From an uncultured delta proteobacterium (GTDB lineage Bacteria; Myxococcota_A; Polyangia; Fen-1088), in NCBI GenBank assembly GCA_963767925.1, contig CAVYGB010000002.1, positions 1,536,001 to 1,600,000 of the forward strand: DNA of 64,000 bases, in the 5' to 3' direction. A program made the translations under genes and the position numbers. This document shows, piece by piece, positions 1 through 10,847 of this stretch. The notes beneath the pieces were generated by a model. The model was given only the letters and a program-made list of their open reading frames with translations, searched no databases and was not told the origin of the DNA. Within the stretch, counting starts at the first letter, position 1; every line of letters begins with the position of its first letter.

Positions 1-1
1 A

Positions 2-1081
2 CCACGCAGCTACGAGGTCCTCATCGGCGTGGTGCCGCCAGCCGAGGCGGCAGCGGCCATCGCCGGCGCGCTCGACCGGCCCACCGGAGTGGCCATCTTG
101 ATCGATGGCCAGCTCGGCGAGGTCTCGCCCCGGGCGGCCGAGCTGGTGGCGGCGCTGACCGCCCGGCTGCCGCGCGTGCAGAAGTACGCCTTGCCCCCGG
201 GCGAGTCGAGCAAGACCCTCGGCGCCGTCGAGCGCACCTGCCAGTGGCTGGCCGAGCGGGGCTTCGACCGGGGGGCCGCCGTGGTGGGCATCGGCGGCGG
301 GGCGGCCAGCGACCACGCCGGGTTCGCCGCCGCGGTCTACCTGCGGGGGATCGACTTCGCCCTCGTGTCGACGACCCTGCTCGGCATGGTCGACGCCAGC
401 GTGGGCGGCAAGACCGGGGTCGACCTGCCGGCGGGCAAGAACCTCGTCGGCGCCTTCCACCAGCCGCGCGCGGTGATCGCCGACCTGGGGTTCCTCGCCA
501 CCTTGCCCCCCCGCGAGCAGGCCTCGGGGATGGCCGAGATCGTCAAGGCGGGGCTCATCGCCGACGCCGACCTGCTGGCCCGGATCGAGGCCGACGTGGA
601 GGCGGGGCGGGTGTACACCCTGCCGGCGCTGGCCGCGACGGTGGCGGCCGCCGTGCGGGTCAAGGTCGAGGTCGTCACCTGCGACGAGCGGGAGGCCGGC
701 CGCCGCGCCATCCTGAACTTCGGGCACACGCTGGGGCACGCCCTGGAGTCCGAGTCGGACTACGGCCTGCTGCACGGCGAGGCGGTCTCGCTCGGCATGA
801 TCGCCGCCCTGGCCTACGGCGCCGCCCGCGGCGTCACCGACCCGGAGCTGCGCCCGCGGGCCGCCCGCCTGCTGGCCCGGCTGGCCCTGCCGATCGATGT
901 GGAGCGGCGGGTCTCGCCCGCGGTCCTTTCCCGCATCGAGGTCGACAAGAAGCGCCGGGCGGACAACGTCGGGTTCGTCTTCGTGCCCCGCCTGGGCGAG
1001 GCCCGGGTCGAGGAGATCGCCCTCGCCGATCTGCGGCGCGATCTGCCGGCCGCGCTCGCCCTCCCGGGAGTCCCGGCGTGA
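2..1081 (+). CDS. aroB: 3-dehydroquinate synthase (5' end runs off the window)
   Basis: Motifs GESSK, GGG..D..GFAAAVYLRG, TTLLGMVDASVGGKTG, GKNLVGAFHQP, LNFGHTLGHALE, LLHGEAV. The frame is open from base 2 (PRSYEVLIG). Confidence 0.96.
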   Translation, partial: PRSYEVLIGVVPPAEAAAAIAGALDRPTGVAILIDGQLGEVSPRAAELVAALTARLPRVQKYALPPGESSKTLGAVERTCQWLAERGFDRGAAVVGIGGGAASDHAGFAAAVYLRGIDFALVSTTLLGMVDASVGGKTGVDLPAGKNLVGAFHQPRAVIADLGFLATLPPREQASGMAEIVKAGLIADADLLARIEADVEAGRVYTLPALAATVAAAVRVKVEVVTCDEREAGRRAILNFGHTLGHALESESDYGLLHGEAVSLGMIAALAYGAARGVTDPELRPRAARLLARLALPIDVERRVSPAVLSRIEVDKKRRADNVGFVFVPRLGEARVEEIALADLRRDLPAALALPGVPA

Positions 1082-1584
1082 GGCGGGTGTCGGCCCTGGC
1101 CCTGCTGCTGGCCCTGGCCTGCCAGGACTCCGATCCGCCCGCCGCCGGCGGGCCCCCCGAGGGAATCGCCGCCGGCACGCCCCAGGTGCCGCCGCAGGGA
1201 CAGCCCGCCATGGAGGCCTGGCTGGCCGCCGGGCACTACAAGTCCTGGCGCTGCGAGAGCATGATCTTCCCCGCCCGCCTCAACGGCGTGCACGGCAAGC
1301 ACCGCATCTGCTCGAACGACGCCCTGGTCGCGGCCGTGGGCGCGACCTTCCCGGTGGGGGCGGCCTCGGTCAAGGAGATGTTTTACGGCCCGGACAACAA
1401 GCCCAACGGCTACGCGGTGGGGATCAAGGTCGCGCCCGGTCCGGGCTCGACCACCTGGTACTGGTACGAGCGCGCCGGCTCGCTGCCCACCTTGCGCCCG
1501 GTCGCCGACTCGATCGCCCAGCCGACCTGCGCCGGCTGCCACGCCCTGGCCTCCCGCGACAACGTCTTCCTCCGCGCCGAATAG
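1078..1584 (+). CDS. Lipoprotein with a C-terminal c-type heme motif, cytochrome P460/c'-beta-like
   Basis: GTG start overlaps the aroB stop (GTGA). Lipobox LALAC; FPVGAASVKE; WYWY; CAGCH followed by RDNVF near the C-terminus. Confidence 0.7.
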   Translation: MRRVSALALLLALACQDSDPPAAGGPPEGIAAGTPQVPPQGQPAMEAWLAAGHYKSWRCESMIFPARLNGVHGKHRICSNDALVAAVGATFPVGAASVKEMFYGPDNKPNGYAVGIKVAPGPGSTTWYWYERAGSLPTLRPVADSIAQPTCAGCHALASRDNVFLRAE

Positions 1585-1592
1585 CCCAACGG

Positions 1593-1788
1593 GAGCAGGC
1601 GCGAGCATTCTGCCCCCCGCAGCCCATTCGCCTGCAGAGCAGGCGCGCGAGCATTCTGCCCCCGCAGCCCATTCGCCTGCAGAGAGGCGCGAGCATTCTG
1701 CCCCCGCAGCCCATTCGCCTGCAGAGCGCCAGCATTCTGCCCCCGCAGCCCATTCGCCTGCAGAGCAGGCGCGAGCATTCTGCCCCCG
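1593..1788. repeat. Tandem repeat, about 4.5 copies of a 39-45 bp unit (GCGAGCATTCTGCCCCCGCAGCCCATTCGCCTGCAGAG...)
   Basis: Units read directly. They are nearly identical with no unique spacers, and lie between convergent genes. Confidence 0.93.
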
Positions 1789-1811
1789 CGCTCGCCCGAC
1801 ATTCGCCCCCC

Positions 1812-1864
1812 GCTGCCCGTTCGCCCTCGCCCCGCGGCAGCGGGGAGAGGGAGGGGTGAGGGGG
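1812..1864 (+). repeat. REP/BoxC-like palindromic repeat, type A (GTTCGCCCTCGCCCCGCGGCAGCGGGGAGAGGGAGGGGTGAGGGG)
   Basis: The same motif recurs at more than 10 intergenic sites in the window. Internal hairpin CCCTCGCCCCGC/GCGGGGAGAGGG. Confidence 0.9.
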
Positions 1865-1876
1865 CTCCGGCGGGCG

Positions 1877-3256
1877 CTAGCGGCCGAGCTGGGCCCGGAT
1901 CTCGGCGATCCGCTCGGGGATGGCCTCCTGGAAGAAGGCGCACTCGGCCAGGAAGTCGCGATAGCTGGGGCCGCGGTTCGGGTCGGCGTTGACGTAGGCG
2001 GCCACCTGCTCGCAGATCGCCCGGGCCTTCTCCGGCAGTCGGGTCAACACGCGATCGCGGATGTCGACCAGCTTGTCCACGAACAGCCCCCGCCAGGTGG
2101 GGTGCTGGTTGATGAGCTGGCGCAGCTTGTTGGGCTCCGGCTCCCAGAACGCGAACACGTCGGAGTCAGCGTCGGCCGAGTAGATGGTGTCGAGGTCCCA
2201 GGGCAGGACCAGAAAGCCGCGCTGGGGGTGGTCGTAGAGGTAGTAGTTGAGCGCCCCGTTCGAGAAGTTGTCGTCGGTGAGGGCGGCGGTCTCCGCGGCC
2301 AGCTCGAGCACGATCTGGTCGATGTCCACCATGGCGTCGAGCTGCGAGTAGAAGTCGGCGTGGTTGCCGCCGAGGGGCTCGCGGTCGATGAGCGCGTTGA
2401 GCGCCTGCAGCCGGGACTCGTCCGGCATGTCCTCGTTGGTCTTGAGCTCGTAGCCGCTCTCCCAGAGGTTGCCGTCGCTGGCGGCGGCCCCGTAGTGGTC
2501 CTCCAGGAACTCCTTGTCGATCGCCTCGATGTTCATGTAGAGGCCCAGAAAGACCCCGTCCTTGAACACCCGGGCGTGATTGACCCGGGGGGCGTCGAGG
2601 CCGGCCTCGCGCATGAGCCACATGCCCAGCCGGTCACGGATGGGCGCGGCGGTCTCGTCGAAGTACTCCAGGTTCAGGCGCCGCAGACCCCGGAAGCGGC
2701 CCTGCTTGTTGAGGAGGTTGAAGCGGACGACGATCTGGGGCTTGGGCTCCGACCGCCAGAGCTCGGTGGTGCCCTTGCGCCGGCAGTGCGCCTCGGGGAC
2801 CGTCTGCCCCTCGAAGGTGAACGAGCACCTGGCCCAGCGGCTGTCGTCCTCGTTCATCTGCAGGTTGAGCAGCCGCTCCCACTCGCCGGGAGGGAAGGTG
2901 AGGAACATGTCGACGACCTTGCTCTCGTCGAACAGGGCGACCGACTGCGGGCTGGTGCCGGGGGCGCCAGGCGGGGTGGTCGCCGGGGGTGCCGGGGGTG
3001 GCGTGGGGGGGGCCGGCAGGGGCGGAGGGGGCGGAGGGGGCGCGGGCGGCATCGCCGCCGGGGGGGCGGGCACGCTGCCGGTGCCGCCGGTGCCGGGGGT
3101 CGAACCGCCGGCGCCCGGGTTGGTCGCGCCGCCCATGGCCGCCGGGGGCAGGGCGGGGGGCTCGTTGCCAGGGTCGAGCGGCGGCGGCTCCGACTCGCCG
3201 GCCCCTCCGCACGACAGGAGCAGCAGCAGGGAAAACGCGTATCTAAGCTGTCTCAT
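1877..3256 (-). CDS. CotH kinase family lipoprotein
   Basis: Start MRQLRYAFSLLLLLSC (lipobox), Pro/Gly linker, RRKG, FRGLRRLNL, GLYMNIEAIDKEFL, NYYLY, LPWDLD. Confidence 0.88.
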   Translation of the reverse strand: MRQLRYAFSLLLLLSCGGAGESEPPPLDPGNEPPALPPAAMGGATNPGAGGSTPGTGGTGSVPAPPAAMPPAPPPPPPPLPAPPTPPPAPPATTPPGAPGTSPQSVALFDESKVVDMFLTFPPGEWERLLNLQMNEDDSRWARCSFTFEGQTVPEAHCRRKGTTELWRSEPKPQIVVRFNLLNKQGRFRGLRRLNLEYFDETAAPIRDRLGMWLMREAGLDAPRVNHARVFKDGVFLGLYMNIEAIDKEFLEDHYGAAASDGNLWESGYELKTNEDMPDESRLQALNALIDREPLGGNHADFYSQLDAMVDIDQIVLELAAETAALTDDNFSNGALNYYLYDHPQRGFLVLPWDLDTIYSADADSDVFAFWEPEPNKLRQLINQHPTWRGLFVDKLVDIRDRVLTRLPEKARAICEQVAAYVNADPNRGPSYRDFLAECAFFQEAIPERIAEIRAQLGR

Positions 3257-3767
3257 ACTGGGCACCCCACCGTAACCCGGGGCGTCTTTTCCAGCCATGA
3301 GCCGAATCGGCACGATGGGCCGATTCGGTTTCACGCAACGTCATGACCAAGGCGACACCCCCGGAAATAAAGCCTGCGATACGAGGTTTCTGCCTCGCCC
3401 CGGATCGCCCCTTCGCTCCCGCCGTCCCGGCCGGTGATCCGAGCCCTGATTGTGAACGATCCGTAACGGACTTGCTTCATCTCCAAGATGGGATCGCTCC
3501 CCTCGCCGCGAAAGGGGGAACGCCAACGGGACCGCCCGGGAAGGCGCGCGGCCGACAGCGCCGCGCCCCGGGCTGCCGCCGATCAGCCGGACCGGCGGAG
3601 GCGGATACTCCGGGCGCGTTGCTCCGGTGGCCCTGAGGCCCCAACTCGTGGGATTGGATAGATCATCATGTTGCAACAGCGCTCCTCGAATCCGGACGGC
3701 ACCGGCCAGCCGCTCGCGCCATCTTCGTCGCCTCGCAGGGGCCGCCGCGCGCCAGCCACGGGCAGAC

Positions 3768-5123
3768 ATGGGTGGTAGCGGGCGCCTACCCGCGCCAGCC
3801 GCCGTCGACCCGTCGAGCGCGCGCCAGCCGCTGGCCGGTGCCGATCCCCGGACGAGTGACCCCCGCTCGCGCGACGCCGGGTCGGCCGTGACTGTGCTGG
3901 CCCTCACCCTGCTGGCGGTCACCCTGTTCGCCTTCGGGGTGCCCACCGCGGCCTCGGCGGCCGAGCCGGCCGGAGATGCCTCCGGCTCCCGGCTTGAGAA
4001 GACCCTCGTCCCGCTGTTCGGCGGCGACACCGACGTGGGGCTCGGGATCGGCGTGATCGCGAGCATGGCCCGGGTCGACCCGACCTCCGACCCGTTTCGC
4101 TGGAAGATCGAGGGGGCCGCCTTCGCCACCGCCAAGCTGACCGACGAAGAGGGGCTGACCGCGCCCTTCCAGGACATCTTCGTGGTGCTCGCCCGCCACG
4201 GCCTGTTCGGGGACCGCCTGCGCCTGCAGCTCCGTCCCTCGTTCACGCGCGAGACCAACCTGCGCTACTTCGGGGTGGGCAACGCCTCGCAGGCCCCGGA
4301 CGACGAGGTGCCCGCGCGCGACTTCTTCACCCGCACCCACCCCACCGTGCGCGCGCTCGGCCGGGTCCGGCTCGGGGGCCCGCTGCACCTGCTGCTGGGG
4401 ACGACTTACATCTACAACTGGATCAGCTACCAATCGGTGTCGCGCCTGGCCTCCGACCTGGCCCGGCCGGCCGCGCCGGGGCACAGCCTCCTGCTGCTGA
4501 ACCAGGAGCACGGCGTGCACCTCATCGAGACCGGGCTGGTGCTCGACACCCGCGACAACGAGGTGGCGCCCACGTCGGGGCAATACCACCAGATCGACGC
4601 CCGCCTGAGCCCCTGGCAGACCCCCAACATGCCCTACCGATACCTGGGGCTGAGCGCCAACCTGCGCCTGTACCTGCCGCTCGGCAGCGATCGGATCGTC
4701 CTGGCGACCCGGCTGGTGGGCGACATCCTGATCGGCGACGCGCCCCTTTACGAGCTGTCCCGCTTCGACGAGTCCTCGGCCCTCGGCGGGGCCCGCTTCG
4801 TGCGCGGCATCCCCACCAACCGCTATTACGGCAAGCGCAAGATCCTCGGCAACGTCGAGCTGCGCACCCGCATCGCCCGCTTCCGCGTCGCCCGCAGCGA
4901 CTACCAGCTCGGGCTGACCGGCTTCGCCGACGGCGGCCGGGTCTGGGCCGACGACCTGAGCTCCGCCCCCGCCCTCGACGGCAGCGGCCTGGGGATCCAC
5001 TACGGGGTCGGCGGCGGCCTGCGCATCCAGAAGGGCGAGACCTTCGTCCTGCGCGCCGACCTGGCCTGGTCCCCCGACGCCCGCCCGGTCGGCGCCTACC
5101 TCCTCGCCGGCCAGCTCTTCTAG
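3768..5123 (+). CDS. Omp85/BamA-TamA-like outer-membrane beta-barrel (surface antigen) protein; start uncertain
   Basis: LDTRDNEVAPTSG, LGGARFVRG, NVELR, FADGGRVW, GVGGGLR, C-terminal Phe; hydrophobic signal segment before AEPA. Confidence 0.8.
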   Translation: MGGSGRLPAPAAVDPSSARQPLAGADPRTSDPRSRDAGSAVTVLALTLLAVTLFAFGVPTAASAAEPAGDASGSRLEKTLVPLFGGDTDVGLGIGVIASMARVDPTSDPFRWKIEGAAFATAKLTDEEGLTAPFQDIFVVLARHGLFGDRLRLQLRPSFTRETNLRYFGVGNASQAPDDEVPARDFFTRTHPTVRALGRVRLGGPLHLLLGTTYIYNWISYQSVSRLASDLARPAAPGHSLLLLNQEHGVHLIETGLVLDTRDNEVAPTSGQYHQIDARLSPWQTPNMPYRYLGLSANLRLYLPLGSDRIVLATRLVGDILIGDAPLYELSRFDESSALGGARFVRGIPTNRYYGKRKILGNVELRTRIARFRVARSDYQLGLTGFADGGRVWADDLSSAPALDGSGLGIHYGVGGGLRIQKGETFVLRADLAWSPDARPVGAYLLAGQLF

Positions 5124-5134
5124 CCGCCCGCGGA

Positions 5135-5180
5135 CCCCTCACCCCAACCCTCTCCCCGCTGCCGCGGGGCGAGGGCGAAC
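5135..5180 (-). repeat. REP/BoxC-like repeat, type A; a further hairpin core lies at 5264-5289
   Basis: Reverse complement of the 1819-1864 motif. Confidence 0.88.
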
Positions 5181-5374
5181 GGGCAACGGGACGCGCAAAT
5201 CTCGGACGAACCCGCCGTCGGTCCCACGCTCGGGAAGATGACCGGGCCCCCTTGATCGTTGGCCCTCTCCCCGCGGCAGCGGGGAGAGGCTTCGTGACGC
5301 CGGAGACGGCCTCACCCCCACTGACGGAAATGGTGAGCTCAGTGATCTCGAGCGGTTACGCCATTTTCATAGCA

Positions 5375-5660
5375 GGGAGGGGTGAGGGGTCTGCGGTGGG
5401 CCGCTGGCTGATTGTTCACCCTCGCCGCGGCAGCGGGGGAGGGGTGAGGGGTCTGCGGTGGGCCTCTGGCTGATTGTTCACCCTCGCCCCGCGGCAGCGG
5501 GGGAGGGGTGAGGGGTCTGCGGTGGGCCTCTGGCTGATTGTTCACCCTCGCCCCGCGGCAGCGGGGGAGGGGTGAGGGGTCTGCGGTGGGCCGCTGGCTG
5601 ATTGTTCGCCCTCGCCCCGCGGCAGCGGGGAGAGGGAGGGGTGAGGGGTCTGCGGTGGCC
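5375..5660 (+). repeat. Tandem array of about 4.3 units (62-69 bp), each containing the REP/BoxC-like motif
   Basis: GGGGTGAGGGGTCTGCGGTGG recurs at 5379, 5441, 5505, 5569 and 5638, and the array ends at the murF stop codon. Confidence 0.93.
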
Positions 5661-7129
<1,469 letters not shown>

Positions 7130-7133
<4 letters not shown>

Positions 7134-8662
7134 GCCCGCGCGCCTCGCGGCAGCGCGAAGGCCGAACGCGCCTCTTCCCGGTCGTCGAAGTGCACCTTCT
7201 GGGTGCCGAGGATCTGGTAGTCCTCGTGCCCCTTGCCGGCGATCAGCACGGTGTCGCCCGGGCGGGCGGCGGCGATGGCCCGGCGGATGGCGCTGCGGCG
7301 GTCGACCTCGACGTGGTAGCCCCGCTCGCTGCGGGCCAGGGCCTCGGCCGGCTGCTCGGGCACCGTCGTGCGGCGCACGCCCACACAGACCATCTCGACG
7401 ATGCGGCGGGGGTCCTCGGTGCGCGGGTTGTCGGAGGTGACGATGCTGACGTCGGCCAGCCGGGCGGCCGCCTCGCCCATCAGCGGCCGCTTGGTGGGGT
7501 CGCGGTCCCCGCCGCAGCCGAACACGACGATGAGCCGCCCCCGGGTCAGCGGCCGCACGGCGCCCAGGGCCCGCTCGATCGCGTCGGGCGTGTGGGCGTA
7601 GTCGACGACGCACAGGACGCCGGCGGCGTTGTCCACCCGCTCGAGCCGGCCGGGGACCTGGCGCTGGCGGGCCAGGCCGCTGGCGATGGCCGCCGGCTCG
7701 ATGCCGTGCCCGATGGCCATGCCCACCGCCAGCGTCAGGTTGGCCAGGTTGAAGTCGCCGACCAGGGCCGACTCGACCTCCACCACGCCGGCGGGCGTGT
7801 CGAGGCGCCCGCGCGTCCCGCGCTCGTCGAGGCGGATGTCGCGCACGCGCACGTCGGCCGGCACGTGCGGATCGGTCGCCACCGTGAGCACCCGCCCGCG
7901 CACCACCGCCCGCATGCGCCGCCCGTCCTCGCGGTCGGCGAACACCACCGACACCCCGTCGGCGGCCAGCAAGTCGCGAAACAGGATGGTCTTGGCCTCG
8001 AAGTAGCGGTCCATCGTGCCGTGGTAGTCGAGGTGGTCCTGGGTGAAGTTGGTCAGGCCGGCGGTCCGGAAGCGGCAGCCCGCCACCCGCCCCTGCTCGA
8101 GCGCGATCGAGGTGGTCTCCATCACGACATCGGTGGCCCCCTCCTGCTGCATCCGGGAGAGCGACTCGTGCAGGGACAGCGCCCCCGGCGTGGTCAGCGG
8201 CGCCGGGATGGTCAGGGTCCCGAAGCGGTAGCTCACGGTGCCGATCACCGCCGGCCGCTTGCCGGCCGCCTCGAAGATGGCCTCGAGCAGGTAGGTGGTG
8301 GTGGTCTTGCCGTTGGTGCCGGTGATCCCGGTGAAGACCAGGCGCTCGGCCGCCCCGTACCGGCGCGCCGCCATCACGCCCAGGGCCCAGCGCGGGTAGC
8401 GCACGGCCACCCAGGCGGCGGGCCGGGCCCCGGCCAGCCCGTCGGGCGGCGAGCCCTCCGCCACAACCGCCACCGCCCCGCGGGCCAGCGCCTCGCCGAT
8501 GAACTGCCGCCCGTCGGCGCGCGATCCGGGCACCGCGACGAACAGATCGCCCGGCTCCACCAGGCGCGAGTCGTCGCGGACCTCCTTGATGGCCAGGTCC
8601 TCGACCCCGTACAGAAGCCGCGCGTCAGGTACGCCGGCGATCAGGTCCCGCAGCAGAGGCAT
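7130..8662 (-). CDS. murE: UDP-N-acetylmuramoyl-L-alanyl-D-glutamate--meso-DAP ligase
   Basis: GITGTNGKTTT, TNFTQDHLDYH, VDYAHTPDA, FGCGGDRD, DNPR (DAP-type), AGKGHEDYQ. Confidence 0.97.
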
Positions 8663-8711
8663 GGTCACCCCTATCATTGCGCGGCCCGAGCGCGGCCGGC
8701 GCCAAAAAACA

Positions 8712-10847
8712 TCAGCCGCCGGGTCGAAAAGAAACCCGGCAGATCGCCCCGCGTGGCCGCCGTCCCGGCGATGGGCTCTGCGCCACCGCCAGCCCGCTGC
8801 CCTCGGGGGCCAGCTCCACCCCCGCCAGCCGGGCCGCCCGGATCGCCTCTCCCAGCGTCATGCCCACGAAGCTCGGGACCTGGACCAGCGCGCTGGTGCC
8901 GGCCGAGTCGTCCACCGGCCCCGCGCCCTCGGTGGTCGGCGCCGCCGGGTCGCCGTCGTCGTCCCCGGGCAGCGGCAGCCCGTCCTCGAAGTCGGCCGGC
9001 TCCGACCAGACCGGCTGGTCCGAGCCGGGGCCCTCGCCCACCTCGACCGCGTCGGCCGCCTCGGCCAGCAGCACCGCCGAGGTCGGGACCTCGCCCACGC
9101 CGGCGGGGGGAGTGTCCCCGGCGCGGGCCGCCTCCTCGCGAGAGACAAGCTCGGTGGGGGGCACCGCCAGGTAACGGAGGGCCGCCTCGGCGACCTGCTT
9201 GAACGCGGGGGCCGCCACCATGCCGCCCCGGTGCTCCGGCTCGGGCTCGTCGATCACGATGCCGATCACCAGCCGGGGGTCGTCGGCCGGGATCACCCCC
9301 ACGAAGGAGGCCACCCAGGCGGCGTATTTGCCGTTGATCACCTTCTGGGCGGTGCCGGTCTTGCCCGCGACGGCGTAGCCGGGGATGGCCGCGCGCCGGG
9401 CGGTGCCCGACTCGCCGGTCACCCCGCGCATGATCGCGAGCATCGTGCGCGCCGTCTCGGCGGAGATCACCCGCTGGTCGGGGCGGCGGTTGGGCAGGGC
9501 CATCGGCTCGACCCGCCCGTCGGGGGCGATGACCTCGAGGGCCAGGCGCGGGGTCTTGTAGATGCCGCCGTTGGCGATGGCCCCGATCGCCGCCACCAGC
9601 TGCAGCGGCGACACCGTCAGCCCCTGCCCGAAGGCGATGTTGGCCAGGTGGATCTCGCCCCACAGGCGCACCGGGTGGACGACGCCAGGCCGCTCGCCCT
9701 CGAGGCCCACGCCCGTGCGCCGCCCGAACCCGAAGCGGAGCAGCGCCTCGTACAGCCGCTGCTTGCCCAGCCGGCGCACGATCTTGACGGTGCCGATGTT
9801 GCTCGAGCGCTGCAGCACCTCGGCGGCGGTGAGCACCCCCTCGGGGTGGTCGTCGCGGATGGGGGTGCGGCCGATGTAGAGCGGGCGGCCCGACTGGCAG
9901 TCGAAGCGCTCGCCGGGCGTCACCAGGCCGGCGTCGAGGGTGGCGGCCAGGGTGACCGCCTTCAAGGTCGACCCGGGCTCGAGCCAGTCGGTGATGGCGC
10001 GGTGGCGGGTGTAGCCGCGGGCCACGGCGTCGCCCGGGTTGTTGGCGTCGTAGGTCGGGACGCTGACCAGGGCGAGCACGTCGCCCGAGCGCGGGTCGAG
10101 CACGACGGCGGCGCCGCCCTTGGCGTTCCAGGTCTTCACCGCCGCCACCAGCGCGCTCTGGGTGACGTGCATGAGGTAGGTGTCGAGGGCGAGCTTGACG
10201 TCCTCGCCGGCACCGCTCTTGGGATCGACCCGGCCGTCGATCAACATGTCGCGCCCGCTGCCGTCCTTGACCCCCCGCACCCGCCCGGCGGTGCCGCGCA
10301 GGTGGCGGTCGAAGGCCAGCTCCACCCCCTCGACCCCCTTGCCGTCGATGTTCGTGTGGCCCAGCAGGGGGGCGCCGAGGTCCTTGAGGGGGTAGATGCG
10401 GGCCGGCTCGCGGGTGAGGCGGACGCCGGGCAGGGCCAGGGCCCGCACGCGCGCGCTCTCTTCGGGGGTGATGGTGCGCTTGATCCAGGCGAAGTAGCGG
10501 CGGGCCTCGGCGGCGCGTTCGAGGGTGCGTTCGAGGGGGGCCGGCTCGAGGCGCAGGGCCTCTGCGAGCCGCCGGATCCCGCCCGCCACCTTCACCAGCA
10601 CGCGCGGGTTGCACGACACCGAGTCGAGCTCGGCGGTCGAGGCCAGCTCGTGGCCCTGGTGGTCGAGGATGCGGCCGCGCTGGGGGCGCACCTCGATCTC
10701 GCGCAGCGACTGATCCTCGGCCCGCTCGCGCAGCAGATCGGCCTGGCGGACCTGCAGGACCCAGGCCCGCCGGCCGATGGCCAGCGCGCCGAGGGCGACG
10801 AGTGCCCCGAACAGCACCATGCGCAGCCGCGTCCAGCGCGAGATCAA
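8712..10847 (-). CDS. ftsI: Class B penicillin-binding protein FtsI/PBP3 with a C-terminal PASTA domain
   Basis: RGRILD, EPGSTLK (SxxK), SSN, KTGTAQK. TTG start overlaps the upstream stop, with a GGAGG RBS. dcw position. Confidence 0.93.
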   Translation of the reverse strand: MISRWTRLRMVLFGALVALGALAIGRRAWVLQVRQADLLRERAEDQSLREIEVRPQRGRILDHQGHELASTAELDSVSCNPRVLVKVAGGIRRLAEALRLEPAPLERTLERAAEARRYFAWIKRTITPEESARVRALALPGVRLTREPARIYPLKDLGAPLLGHTNIDGKGVEGVELAFDRHLRGTAGRVRGVKDGSGRDMLIDGRVDPKSGAGEDVKLALDTYLMHVTQSALVAAVKTWNAKGGAAVVLDPRSGDVLALVSVPTYDANNPGDAVARGYTRHRAITDWLEPGSTLKAVTLAATLDAGLVTPGERFDCQSGRPLYIGRTPIRDDHPEGVLTAAEVLQRSSNIGTVKIVRRLGKQRLYEALLRFGFGRRTGVGLEGERPGVVHPVRLWGEIHLANIAFGQGLTVSPLQLVAAIGAIANGGIYKTPRLALEVIAPDGRVEPMALPNRRPDQRVISAETARTMLAIMRGVTGESGTARRAAIPGYAVAGKTGTAQKVINGKYAAWVASFVGVIPADDPRLVIGIVIDEPEPEHRGGMVAAPAFKQVAEAALRYLAVPPTELVSREEAARAGDTPPAGVGEVPTSAVLLAEAADAVEVGEGPGSDQPVWSEPADFEDGLPLPGDDDGDPAAPTTEGAGPVDDSAGTSALVQVPSFVGMTLGEAIRAARLAGVELAPEGSGLAVAQSPSPGRRPRGAICRVSFRPGG

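Noticed and set aside
1593..1788. Possible CRISPR array
   Set aside because: Units are contiguous with no unique spacers, and no cas genes are present.
5375..5660. Possible CRISPR array (62-69 bp period)
   Set aside because: The inter-repeat segments are nearly identical; this is a tandem REP array.
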